Shown here piece after piece: positions 25,801-55,887 of a stretch of DNA of 64,000 nucleotides. The stretch covers positions 18,724,001-18,788,000 of the forward strand of contig OZ231126.1 in the NCBI GenBank assembly GCA_965153355.1, given 5' to 3'. The translations under genes were made by a program, and so were the position numbers. The notes under the pieces are model-generated. The model was not told where the DNA came from. It was given only the letters and a program-made list of their open reading frames with translations, and did no database searches. The stretch is from Flaccisagitta enflata (lineage: Eukaryota). How positions within the stretch are numbered: position 1 is the first letter of the stretch; the number at the start of each line of letters is the position of its first letter.

Positions 25801-27217
25801 TTCTGTTCTTCTTCTCTTTCTTTCTCTTCTTCTGCTGGCTGCTGCTCTTTCTGCATCTTCTGCTCATGCTCTGTCATAAGCGGTATCATTATTAACGATT
25901 TTTTCTAATAATTTATACCGTGTAGATCCAATTTAACGACCTTGTAGGCACAAATGTTGTAAAATTGTCTTTATGATTTTTTTTCCATTTGATCTGATCA
26001 GCAAGCAACAAGTGACGCGGGGTCACAATATCGTTGCGGACAGGTGGGCAGGGGTATCCAACCCCCATCCACACCCCACGACCCCCACCAACACACATAA
26101 CCCCCCCCCCCGCAACAATATCTATAACGCTCGTTTTTTTTCACTTCTCGGCTGTAGACGGACGGACAGACAGACAGACATGTCCGCAACTAAAAAACAA
26201 GTGAGTCATGATAGTTTGAATGGAACAAAATCTCCTGAAAATAGACATTTCAGCCGAAGTAAGATAACTTCTGAACCTATTCAGCTAAAGAGATGCGGTT
26301 TGCAATTGCATAGCTTGAAATATGTTGAAGTGTTTAGGCGTAATTGATCAACGTGCGGTTGTCCTACTTGGAAGATGGAACAGTCTCGTTGTAGCAACCT
26401 CTCTTTCTACTAGTGAATAAAAGAACAAGGCCGGATACACGGCCATCAGTTGCGGACGGGTGGGCAGGGGCGGATATGCGCGTTTTCCCACTTTTCGACT
26501 CTTGCTGACGGACCAACGGACCGACGGGCGGACGGACGGACAAAGTCTCTTATAGAGTTGCGTGTCCGCAACTAAAAATTACAGATTGCGACGACGGTGA
26601 GGATGAAATCTGCGCGGGTGGTAATTCGTTCGCGTATTGCCCATCTTGCACCGACGATTCTACATTTGCATCATGTAAAGTGGAAAAGGTCGTGAAGAAA
26701 AACGTGACGCTTTTCTACTGGCCCTGGACCGGGCAACCCGGTTTGACGATGAGTTGCGAGGAAGCCGTTGATAAATACCCTCGCTACATGTGCGCGCACT
26801 ACGCCGAGGCGAGAAATCAAGACTGTTGCATGGAATGTTATCGAAGGAATATCACCACCGGCATTTGCAAAGATCAGTCGGACGAGTGCAAACGAATCAC
26901 GCATCAGGATCAATGTTTTGGGTAAAGATGACGCATCAATAATGTTATATTTGTATATCGTTAATAGGGCTTTAGATTTCATTTTTTGAATGGGTATTGT
27001 TCCACTTGTCACATTATACGTGCTAGCGATGGGAAGGAGTTCACCAACGCAGTAATTTTTTTTTCATTCCCATCAGACGACCTGACTTGTGGGACAAGTG
27101 TCCTATCGCTTGCGAAATTTGTGTGGATATTTCCTGGGTCGGATCAACATAGCGCGGGGGCCCCTCCCCTTGTTGAATTTACCATCTCTCTATAACGATA
27201 AAGAAAAAGTTAAAGGA

Positions 27218-27273
<56 letters not shown>

Positions 27274-28198
27274 GAGACAGACAGACAGAGAGACAGAGAC
27301 AGAGAGAGAATTTTTTTTTCAGTGTAGATTTTTCAAGAAGGGTCTAGGCTTGGGACCCCCAGGGCGTGGTGCCCTGAGGCAGTGCCTCATCTGCCTCAAT
27401 GTTAATCCGACACAGGGTTCAGCGTGTAAGGAATCATCATGTGAGAATGGAGGCTCTTTAAATTATTACTGCGATTGCTTATGTCCTGATGGGTTCACGG
27501 GAGATCGCTGCGAACATCGAGTCTGCTCATCAGGTCAGTTGGGTGCTTCACATAGCAAGAGTTGGTTATTTCTTTTTGCCCTCTTTCCTTAATGTGGAAC
27601 CATTTTTCTTTTATCAAAAATCGTTCATCTTCCGTTTTTTAGAAAATTGTTTTTGAAGACCTAATTTGCATAATGTAGTTGGATAAAAAAATATGCTGAT
27701 ATTGTTTGAATTAGGTTTTACAAATTTCTACTCTTCGTAGAGTTGTACTTCTACCTTTTCATAAGTTCTTTCTTAAATTATGTTCTGATATTTTAGTTTA
27801 TTTTTATAAACATCATGATTTTCTAAGATAAATAATTATCCTTTTTGTAACTTAACTAGACAGGATTTTGCTGAATTCTGGCAAATCTGTGGGAACTTTA
27901 AAGCCAAAACAAAAACGGGATTTAAAAAAAAAAGGAAAATGGTCATCATTATGATTTTTGCTCCTCCACATTACCTAAGTAGGGTGAAGGGATACTCCCA
28001 ACTTTTGCACCCAATCAGGTCAGTATGCCCGTTTGACTGTTTTTGGTTGTCGGAAAAACGACGGAGAAAAGGGAGAAAAGGGAGAAAGAATTGAAACAAG
28101 TAAAGAAGGAGAAATGAAAAGAGAAATACTGAGATAAAGAATGAAAGTAGATAAAGAAGGGGAAACGGAAGAATTTTCAGAAGAATGAAAGACACTGA

Positions 28199-28285
<87 letters not shown>

Positions 28286-31046
28286 GAAGGAAGAAAGAAA
28301 GGAAGAAAGAAAGGAAATTGGGTAATGGCCCCTAATGAATGACGTTCTGAAGGACACCGGGGCGAATTTTCTGACGCTTTTATAGGGCACATTTGAGCTA
28401 ATTTTTGGTTTAGAGTGCTGCTTTTATTCCTTGAATCAAAATATGATTATATGGGGCATTTAAAGGTTCAGGTCAAGGATCAGGGGAGAATTGAGGCTTA
28501 GGAAGAAGATTTGAAGATTGAATCTAGCCTCAGCTCAAGAGGTCAAAGTTGAGGCTTGCTAGCGCAAATTTGATCCCTTACAGAGCATATTTGAGGTTGG
28601 AGAGGATCGCATACCAGTTAGAGCCAAAGGGAGGGGGGAATATACTGACATACATAAGGATAGATGGATGTTAAGCATTTCACCGCTGTGTTCTTCAGGA
28701 CATTGGCCCTTTGGGGCCGCTACCCGAAAAGAGGGAAAGAGAGAATTAGAGCAAGGGAAAAGGAAAGGGAGTGGAAAGAAACAGGGATGTGGAAGCGATT
28801 GACCGCTGCCATTTTGGTGGATGATAGAGCTACTAGTATTTGAACTACAATAGGTCGCCCAAGGTCAATATGTGGTCAGCGATACCCGTTGCCCTGCTTG
28901 CATGATTGTGAAATGGAGTGAGAGGAAGCAGGGCAGCGGCCTCAAAGGGGACGATGTCCTGTAGAACACAGGGGGACTTTCGTTCGTTTGTTCGTTTCTC
29001 CGTCCACGTTCCCCCCAGGCCCTCTCAGGCCTGAAATCTGCCCTCTCAGGCCTGAAATTTACCCTCTCAGGCCTGAAATCTGCTCTCTCAGGCCTTGAAT
29101 CTGCGAGGGCAGATTTCAGGCCTGAGAGGACAGATTTCAGGCCTGTGAGGACAGATTTCAGGCCTGAGAGGACAGATTTCAGGTCTGTGAGGACAGATTT
29201 CAGGCTTGAGAGCACAGATTTTAGGTCTGTGAGGGCAGATTTGAGGCTTGAGAGGGCAGATTCCATGCCTGAGAGGGCAGATTTCAGGCCTGAGAGGGTA
29301 AATTTCAGGCCTGAGAGGGCAGATTTCAGGTCTGAGAAAGCCTGGGGGGGACGAATGGAGAAACAAACGAACGAACAAAAGTCCCCCTGTGTTCTACAGG
29401 ACATCATCCCCTTCGGAGCCGCTGCCCAAAAAGCCCAAAAAGCATAAACCGCCGAAAAAGTAACTAGTCATCCAAGGATCGGACATGGTCAGCGGTACCC
29501 CATGCCCTGCTTGGAGTTATTAAGTAAAATAGCAGAGTGAGAGCAGGGCAGCGGCCCTAAATGGCCAATGTCCTGTAGGAAACAGGCGGGAATTTCCAGA
29601 CGTCCTTAGGGGGAATATATCAGCCTGAGAGGTAATTGAAGCGGGATTTGAGGTCTGGGGGGGAAGATTTTAGGTCTGATGATTAGATTTGAGGTCTGGG
29701 GGCAGGCTTGAGGCAGGCTTGAGGCATTAAGGGCAGATTTGAGGCCTGGAGGGCTGATTTGAGGCCTGGAAAGCTGATCTGAGGCCTGGAAAGCTGATCT
29801 GAGGTCTAGAGAGCAGAATTGAGGCTTGGAGAGCAGATTTGAGGCCTTGACAGCTAATTTGAGGACTGGAGGACTGATTTTAGGCCAGGAGGGCTGATTT
29901 GAGGCCTGGAGGGCTGATCTGATTTGAGGGCTTAGAGGGCCTAAATCAAGCCTGAGAGTGAGGATTTGAGGCCTCAATAGCCAACAAGGGGGACGGAAGG
30001 ATGGAAGGATGGACAGAAGGAGGGAAGGATGGACGGAAGGGTGGAGGGAGGGAAGGACGTCTGGAAATTCCCCCCTGTGTCCTACAGGACATCGGCCCTT
30101 TGGGGCTGCTGCCCAAATAGGGCCAAATATTTTGGCTGAAAAATCCGCCAAAAGCCGGGCTCGGCCCAAATCCAGATTTGGCCCAAAAAAGGGCCAAATA
30201 TTTTGGCTGAAAAATCCGCCAAAATCCATGCTCGGCCCAAATCCAAGCTTCACACATGGTCAGCGATACCTGATGCCCTGCTTGGAATGATCAAGTAAAG
30301 TAGTGGATTGAGAGCAGGGCAGCGGCTCCAAAAGGCCGATGTCCTGTAGGACACAAGGGTGAATTTCAAGATGTCCTTTTGAAATCGGGATGGCAGAATT
30401 TAGTCCAAAAGAGCAGATGTGAGGTTATGGAGGCAGGCTTGAGGCCTAGAGGACAAATTTGAGGCCTGAAGAGTTGATTTGAGGCCTGGAGGGCGGATTT
30501 GAGGTCTGGAGGGCTGATTTAAGGTTTTGAGGGCAGATATGAGGTCTGGAGAGCTAATTTGAGCTCTCCAGGGCTAAATTGAGGTCTGAAAGGGCTAATT
30601 TGAGGGCTCAGAGGGCCAAAATCAGGCCTGAGACTGCAGTTTTGAGGCGCCGATAGCCAAGGGGGGGATGGAAGGATGGACGGACAGACGGATGGAAGGA
30701 TGAACGGACGTCTCGAAATTCCCCCCTGTGTCCTACAGGACATCGGTCCTTTGGGGCCGCTGCCCAAAAAGGGGACCGACGGACCGACAAAGCGGGGTGT
30801 AGAGTCGCGTAGCACGCGATTAAAGAAACATTAACTTACAGGTTCATGTCTGACATGTCAGAGCAACGGAACGGCGACCGTTGATGGAGTATGTCTCTGT
30901 CCTGCCGGCCTTGAGGGAAAACTCTGCCAATGTAGCAGTGAAGACAAAAGCAGAATAAGCGTCTCAGAGACGTCTGGCACGGGACCCAAACTCATCTCAT
31001 GCTTCAACATTGCTAATAACTTCCCTAACGTAGGTCTTAGAAATAA

Positions 31047-31111
<65 letters not shown>

Positions 31112-31629
31112 GATGATGGTGATGACGATGACGACGATGATGATGATGATGCTGACTTTAATACCACATGACAAAGATTACATGTCTAAGGGCATCAAAA
31201 CGGCATTTCCTTCATTCATTTCAGAAGGATTTTCTTTCATTTTTAGTTTAGGACGCGCTTTGTCCGTCCGTCCGTGCTCATCCAGTTGAAAAGTGGAAAA
31301 ACAAGCGTTTTGTGTGTTTGTGTCTGTGGGATAGGGGTTGGGGTGTGGATGGGGGTTGAATGCCCCTGCCCAACCGTACACAACGATATTGTGACCCCGC
31401 GTCACTTGTTCTTTGGCTTTGAGTATGCTTCCCAGAACATTTCATTCATTGCAGACAAGCGGTCAGACAGACATCATCTAAAGGTGGATTTCATCACAAC
31501 TTCCACGCGTATTCAAATTCATGTTGATCTTCCTCGACTTAACTCTTGTCTTTTGTATTGACAATGACAATTGGTAGTATGGAAGGGGATGAAGGGGAGG
31601 CAGACAGACAGACAGGAAAGAGAGAGAGA

Positions 31630-31702
<73 letters not shown>

Positions 31703-32976
31703 ACACACGTGTTTTTAATTTTTTGGCAACTGACCTGATCTTCTGCAGAGCATAAAATTGGACATTTAAGTTCCAAGTTTCACATTCACGTGTCTGTCTA
31801 TCTCTGTCTCTCTCTCTTCTTCTTTATAGTCTGCGTAAAGACGCTTTCACTTTCAGAAGTCTGAGTGACCTGACCTTAAGCGGATCATTTTGGAAAATTT
31901 TTCCTTTAAAGTAAATGTCTGAGCTGAATGATAAGAAACATTTTATCTCCAGTCCAGAATTTCAACTCCCCCTCTTCCACTTTTTTAAGTTGGCGTGCTT
32001 GAGTTACGCAGGCGAATGTTGCGGCGTATGCGATGAAGGGCGCGCCTGGTGTCACGATGATGCGAAGATATGTCCCTCGATGTCGACGTCGAATTGTCAC
32101 GCAATGTCCGCACGGAATTCATGCCCCCTCAAATGCGGAATATGCAAAGAAGAAGCTTGCCCCGGAGTAAATTGTCTGAACGGGGGAACCTTGATGGAAG
32201 GCAAGTGGCTCTCGTAGTCGTATGTCAACGGAATCCAATGTAGATAATGAGGTTGTTTACATTAGAAGCATGGAAAAAAAATGCTGAAGTCAAAGTGTTT
32301 CAAAGGGGCATCCTCTGAATCACGAAATTAAAATTATTTCCACTTAAGCACACCCTAGTGCTTCAGTTGAATGAAAAAAAAACTAGTACCTTTTGCAATT
32401 CGGGCTTCAGCGGAATTGGAAGTTACTTATTTTATCACAGTAGAAAAGAAATCCCCTCCTTTCTTTCCATCTCTCAATTTCTCCTCGATTTCTTTTCATC
32501 TCTCCCTTTTTCTCCCTTCTTTACTTTTACTTTGTTTTCATCATTTTGAAAAAAAAAATGGCATGTAAGAAAAACTTATTTCCTTTCAAAAAAACTAAAA
32601 TTTTTAGGAGTTGAAATAAGTATAGAAAAAAATTTTATGATAAAAGAAAGAGCAAAAAGAAAATGGAAAAAATATTAAGATATTCAAAGATGATAGTTAG
32701 GAAAAAAAAAAATCTGAATCAAATCAAATAAGTTCCTTATTCTACTAAAATATTTGCAACCAATCAAAAAAAGACCTTAGTGACTTCTTATTTTATTTCA
32801 GTATGAAAAGATGCTAGGAGTCAATCCACTAAGCACAAATTCCAATTCCACTGAAGCACAAGGTCATGCTTCAGTGGAATGGGCCTTGACTGGCCTAATT
32901 TCCAGCCCTGAGTTCGGGATTCAATGGATAGGCCGCTTATAAGCTTAAAAGCCTGGCAGCCCCTTTCATGTGTGTG

Positions 32977-33028
<52 letters not shown>

Positions 33029-33704
33029 TTGTCTGTTTCTCTCTTTCTTTCTTTCACTGCTAGACTGTAAGTGCCAATGCACATCCGACTGGACGGGGGA
33101 TCTTTGTGAGAAAGACGCCTACGTCTGTGACGGTGACGATCTATTGGGATCCAATAATTGCAGCAGTTTTAAAGTTCCATCAAATTACGAGCGCTTGTGC
33201 AAGAGTGAGAAAAGGTAAATTTCAGTTTTCCCATTGGTATTACTGTAGCGCCCTTAATGGGTTTTTAGATCCTTTTATGGTTACCGGCCGTCTGCGTTGT
33301 CTTCCTTTGCCCGTCTTTCCGTCTTGAGTCTTGCCCATTTTGAGGCAGCATCGTTGTCCTGTTTGACACGTTCCTTACTCTCGTTTTAATAATACTGCTC
33401 TATATCTTAGTAAATCGGTCTGTTCGTCTCCATCGCTTAGTTGTTGAATGTCATTGATGTGACATTACGAGATCTGTAGATGCAATAATTCACAACTGCA
33501 CATTTTTGAAAAAGGTTTGGTTGTTGCGCGTCGTGTCGGGAAGCTTCTGCGACAAGTTTAATAGGCTGCGTGGACGACCCTGAATGGTGTGGCGAAGGCA
33601 ACCAATACTTCAGCACTTGGTCTTGCAGGAACTTTATGGTGCGAAAAGATGCGCGAAGGAGATGCCCAGTCATGTGTGATACATGCGGTTATTATTTGAA
33701 GTAG
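14553..33704 (+). CDS. Secreted astacin-family (M12A) zinc metalloprotease with LDLa, EGF-like and ShK-like Cys-rich C-terminal domains; 15 coding exons, about 720 aa
   Basis: Exons assembled manually with matching phases: 14553-14625 (signal peptide [24 protein letters not shown]), 15110-15260 ([12 protein letters not shown]...WEKHTCVR), 15380-15454, 24029-24176 ([18 protein letters not shown] zinc motif), 24396-24548 (Met-turn YDVLSVMHY), 24641-24701, 25259-25327, 25423-25614 and 26585-26921 (LDLa [27 protein letters not shown]), 27077-27122 (or -27137), 27416-27533 (EGF), 30842-31029, 31990-32200 (GC donor), 33064-33214, 33515-33704 (terminal ShK-like ...[11 protein letters not shown]). 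The total of 2163 nt is in frame. Confidence 0.9.
16703..18940 (+). mobile_element. 5'-truncated Penelope-like retroelement insertion (RT fragment plus 3' non-coding/pLTR-like region)
   Basis: Interrupts the host repeat unit cttaggcgattt|acataggcagaggg, which is intact near 19095. It begins in the middle of the WIPKMHKNP motif. No clear TSD. Confidence 0.8.
16714..17793 (+). CDS. Penelope-like reverse transcriptase, N-terminally truncated, no C-terminal GIY-YIG domain
   Basis: Motifs [41 protein letters not shown] and [10 protein letters not shown] are typical of PLE RT core and thumb. The 359-aa frame is open. Confidence 0.85.
   Translation: MHKNPIGNRFIAGSKFCSIKMLSKHFSKALKLILHHMKNYNKTVFERTGLNHFWILDSSLEFLEKMKSERINHMETYDFSTLYTALPHREIKHRFSAIFQKVFNREARPYISVNIHGAHFSPTKVNGRFSFRSEDMQEILEFILDNIYVKYGKDVYKQMIGIPIGLDSGQDIANLLLYSYESDYVGEISKVDLPLARKFKLNERYIDDLFVANFPTFRDHIYRIYPQDLEIKLESSNTLEVTYLDLKIKSENSILNFSVYDKRDDFSFDIVNFPFIDSCIPKKSALGVYYSQLIRFSRLSSRYADFLIRSKSLVDKLKTQGYKIIDLKRLTSRFFKEKHDILINYNIPSTDDFIKNIFD
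19842..21660. mobile_element. Non-autonomous TIR element with 8-bp TSD (hAT- or P-like)
   Basis: TIR ctcggtcgccaaa/tttggcgaccgag, perfect TSD CCAGCGAG (19834-19841, 21661-21668), and tagatac/tggatac sub-terminal repeats. Confidence 0.9.
22661..23427. mobile_element. TA-flanked Tc1/mariner-type MITE
   Basis: ta|cagggtgtatcacatcaaacaggacaaaagaaaacgatgta ... tacatcgttttctttggtcctgtttggggtggtactccctg|ta. Confidence 0.85.
27134..27415. mobile_element. hAT-like MITE occupying almost the whole of astacin intron 10
   Basis: TIR ctgggtcggatcaacat / atgttaatccgacacag, gggcccc-type sub-terminal motifs and a central purine microsatellite, as in the element at 53288-54063. Confidence 0.7.
28857..30767 (-). 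mobile_element. Three tandem HINE-like family B elements with 21-bp internal repeats
   Basis: Each unit has ggtcagcg(a/g)tacc..gccctgcttg, the sub-TIR gggcagcggcccc..tgtcctgtag, 21-bp repeats (gagggcagatttcaggcctga) and the inverted sub-TIR. Units at about 28857-29427, 29507-30115 and 30258-30767. Confidence 0.7.
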
Positions 33705-34758
33705 ATGCAAGGTCTTACTTACAATGACGCCTTCTTTGTTCGGCCTGTACCGATTTGGTCGGTTCGTCCGTCTTGGGAGTAGAAAAAAAGTTGACATTTT
33801 GAGATGTGCTTTTATTTTTATTGCCATAAAAAATATATGTATATTCTAATTTGGTTTTCTACTTTTTTTTGTTATAAAATCGAGTATCAAAACATCAATT
33901 ACAAAACAAAGATTATCCATCATTATTCCTTTAACAATGACTCGAGATTGACGTCGTCGAAATACCCCCTAGCGAGTAATCCAAAAAATCAACAAGGGAT
34001 CAACAACTTATTCTATCGAGATTATCAGTTGGTGACAGCGATTGTCTTTTAACCAACCACCGAGAGACGCAACAAGACTAGGCGCTTGGCAGAAAATGTA
34101 CCAGGTGGTTGAAAAAAAATTTTTTTTTTGTTTTTTTAACAATGGTTAAATCAAATCATTTGAATATTATATATTAAAATTATTTTTGCACAGTTGAACC
34201 CTGCTCCAACAGACCTGCTTTTATTAGAATTCCGCCTCTAACAAATACTAATTCTTGGTCTCTTCAACCAATTTCCTTTTATTTCTTATATTAACTATAA
34301 CAAAATTCTGTTTATATCAGATAAAATTTGTTGGTCCCCTGAAATCCATTAGGCATAGGAGAAACCTCAGAACACTTGTTGGGTAAGTGAAGCTCATATT
34401 GTCTTAGCTTTACCAGCATTATGTTTTTTTTTCAAAATAATTTTTTTTGTTCATCCTGAGGAAATAGTGTCAAACTGGAGGCTTAAAAAAGAAAAAAATG
34501 TTCAACTAGAATACTTTTGAAATTCCCATTCAGGCAAGTAATTTAAATATTCCAGAGTTGGGACTGGAAATAACAAAAAGTAAATAAAGCAATTAAAAGA
34601 GTGACGTTCATTATCTCAGATGGAGAGGGGTTTTACTGTATAAAAATAGTTTTTGAACCACCCAGTAGCCTAACAGCACATATTGAGAATTAAACAAGAT
34701 GAGAAATGGATCTGATAGGATTGAGCAAATTCTATTGGAGGATTTTCTCATTAATTGA

Positions 34759-52909
<18,151 letters not shown>

Positions 52910-53287
52910 CCTTGCAGGAATAAAGAGAGGTGATGAACTTAATCGTTTTGGTCAGTCCTCACCCTTCAGTCTCTACAAAGTACACGTAGTACACACATCT
53001 TCTGATAACGCTCCCAACAGTCGCTTTACTCCCTGCGCTGTTTTTCCAACCAACCAACAGTCACACTGGTCCCACTGCACTACAGTGGATCGCGTCTACA
53101 CATGAGATGATGGGGGCAAGTATAATAAGGGGAAAAATGAATATAAAGGCCATAATCAGCTGGATGAGATTCCCAACTTCCCCATAAGAAATAAAAAACC
53201 TGTATCTCTGGAATATGTCAAAAAGTCAAAGACTGACTTCGACTTTTTTCCCGATAATGCTTGCCCCCGTTATCTTAAGTCTAAACG

Positions 53288-53548
53288 CTGAGCCGGACTT
53301 CCCAATAGGATTAAGAGGCTTAAGCTTAGGGCCCCGCGGTAATGGGGGCCCCGCGGTAAAGCCCCAAACTTAGAAAAAAAAAAGAGAAAAAAAAGAAAAA
53401 TGAAGACAGAAAGAAGGAAAGAAAGAAAGAAAAAAAAGAAAAAAAGAAAAAAAGAAAAAAAGAAAAAAAGAAAAAAAGAAAAGAAAGAAAAAGAAAAAGA
53501 AAAAAAAGAAAGAAAGAAAGAAAGAAAGAAGAAGAAGAAAGAAAGAAA

Positions 53549-53592
<44 letters not shown>

Positions 53593-54063
53593 AAAAAGAA
53601 AAAAAAAGAAAAAAGCAAAACAACAAAAAAAAAAAAAAAAAAAAAAAAAAAAACACAGACAAAAAGAAAATTAAAGAATAAAAGAAAAACTTCATTATTA
53701 AAGATAAAATATTGAGGTATCAAAAAAATTCATTTACATTTCTATTCAAAAGAGGAACAAATGAATTTTTACAATATCTTTAGAAAATTTTCTTTTTTCA
53801 ATCCCTTGCTTATAATGAAGTTGCAAACCATAATCTGTCAGATTTTTTTCAGAAGTAAATATATTCAATATTTTTAAAAAAAATCTTTTTGTAATATGTT
53901 ATAAACAAAAAGAAATAAATACCAATGATCTACCAAATGGGCTTTTGATAAAGCAAGAGGGGGGCAGCCAAAGGAAAGGGGTAATAGGGCCCATGGAAGG
54001 GGGCTGGGGGGCCCCGCGGTAGCAGTCAAGCCAAGGGCCCCGCGGAGGGTAAGTCCGGCTCAG
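53288..54063. mobile_element. hAT-type MITE
   Basis: TIR ctgagccggactt/aagtccggctcag, 8-bp TSD TCTAAACG/TCTAGACG (one mismatch), gggccccgcgg sub-terminal repeats and an A/G-rich centre. Confidence 0.85.
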
Positions 54064-54749
54064 TCTAGACGTGATCTACTGTACCTCAATTCGCTCATGC
54101 ATCTAACAAGATCATTAACCTTATGCTCTAGGCTTACCGATACGTTGTGTGCGACCGAGAAGCATCTGATCAATTCAAGTTGAGATGAAAGACTTCGCAG
54201 AGCTTTTTGTGACAGATTTTTTGAAGCAATTAAGGCCATATTGTTTATTTGTCTTCAAATGGATGAGAGTTTGTATTTTTTCTAAGAATCGTTTAAAAAG
54301 AGAGGTAAATGCGTAGTTTAGATTAATATACACAAAATATGTTATCCGATGAGAAAATTGAGGATGGGAGTGCTACTCGATTATGCAACGCAAAAAGAGG
54401 TGACAGCTCCTAAATTACGCAACGCGATTGTAGGACACTCGACTGAAAAAAACTTTCCATAACAAGGTTTTTTCAACTTTTCTTTGTATTTGTGGCAGGC
54501 TGGAGGAAGGTCAAGGCCATTGTTCTTTTGTTTTGTAGATGACGCTTCTTTAAATCTTTAATCAATGAAGACAAAAGTGAGAGGTTGAGAAGAGAGAGAG
54601 AGAGAAAACAAGGCCGGATACGCGGCATTCCAGTCGCGGACGATTGGGCAGGAGCAGTAATTCATAAACCGCTCAAAAAGGTTACGGAGAGACCTACGTA
54701 CGGACGAACTGACGGACCGACCGACACGGCAAGGTGTCGAGTCGCGTAC

Positions 54750-55327
54750 ACGCTTTTCTTTTTATAAGAACACTGTTTATAAGAACATCAGCCTCAGATT
54801 TGGCAAAGAAATAAGAACATCTTAAGAACATGCTGAGCCTCAGATTTGAAGATAAGAATATAAGTTTTCAAAAAAATAGTAAAATTAAATGAAAAACCCT
54901 GAATGATGGATATTTATATAATGCTTTCTAAAATGATAATTCATTATTTATTAAATATTAATCTTACATTTCTTTTTATATAATGAAAATATTTATTTTT
55001 CTACAATTGCTTAAAGAACAAACTTTTATATAAATATAGATATATAATTAAAGAGATAATCTAACTCAAAAATAAGAACATGTTAAGATTCTTAACATGT
55101 TCTTATTTTTGAGTTAGATTATCTCTTTAATTATATATCTATATCAATATAAAAGTTTGTTTTTTAAGCAATTGTAGAAAAATAAATATTTTCATTATAT
55201 AAAAAGAAATGTAAGATTAATATTTAATAAATAATTGTTAAGAACGCTTGAGCCTCAAAAAGGGGCTAAAAATAAGAACGCTGAGGCTGACTTTAAAAAT
55301 CAATGTTCTTATAAAATGAAAAGCGTG
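54750..55327. mobile_element. TA-flanked MITE inserted in the terminal hairpin of a mini-HINE
   Basis: ta|cacgcttttc...gaaaagcgtg|ta splits gagtcgcgta..actgcgact. Confidence 0.85.
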
Positions 55328-55450
55328 TAACTGCGACTTAAAATGATTACATGGGCAGCGATACCTGATGCCCCGCGGTATGTGGGCCAATGCGGGGTTG
55401 AAAAGATGGGAGGGGCAGCAGCGGACAACGCATATTGAATATGTTGAGTA

Positions 55451-55887
55451 CACTTTTTTTTTTATATAAGAGACAACTTTTTTAAAATCAGCCTGGGTTT
55501 TCTTAAATTTCTGGCTGTTTTCAGCCTGAAATTCTCTTAAACTGTTCTTAATTTCTTCGATGTTTATAAATATATTAATTGATTAAAAATTCCTTATTTA
55601 TAACAATTGTATCTTCACCTTGATAATTATCATAATCTTTTTTTACATAATGCCTGATTTCATAAGCATAAAAATAAAAAAAGATATTTCTAAAGATAGA
55701 AAAACCATATTTCTGAAAAATTTGAGTATAATTCATTTTTTAGATATAAAACCATTAAAAAAAGTTCTTTTGAAAATAACCAAAACTAAATCTCAGCCTG
55801 GGCATTTTCTTATTTTGTTCTTAAAATTTTGGTAAATCTCAGGCTCACGTCTCTTATAAACTGGTCTCTTATAAAATAAAAAAAGTG
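55451..55887. mobile_element. TA-flanked MITE inserted at the first TA of the foldback element
   Basis: ta|cactttttttt..ataagagac ... gtctcttataaaataaaaaaagtg|ta. Confidence 0.85.

Noticed and set aside
28865-30290. Heptad-like ORFs (LSGLKSA, RPERADF) resembling coiled-coil or LRR proteins
   Set aside because: They are translations of the 21-bp HINE-B repeats, open in several frames on both strands, and lie in an astacin intron.
53270-53723. Lys/Arg/Glu-rich and Phe-rich ORFs
   Set aside because: They come from the A/G low-complexity centre of a hAT MITE.
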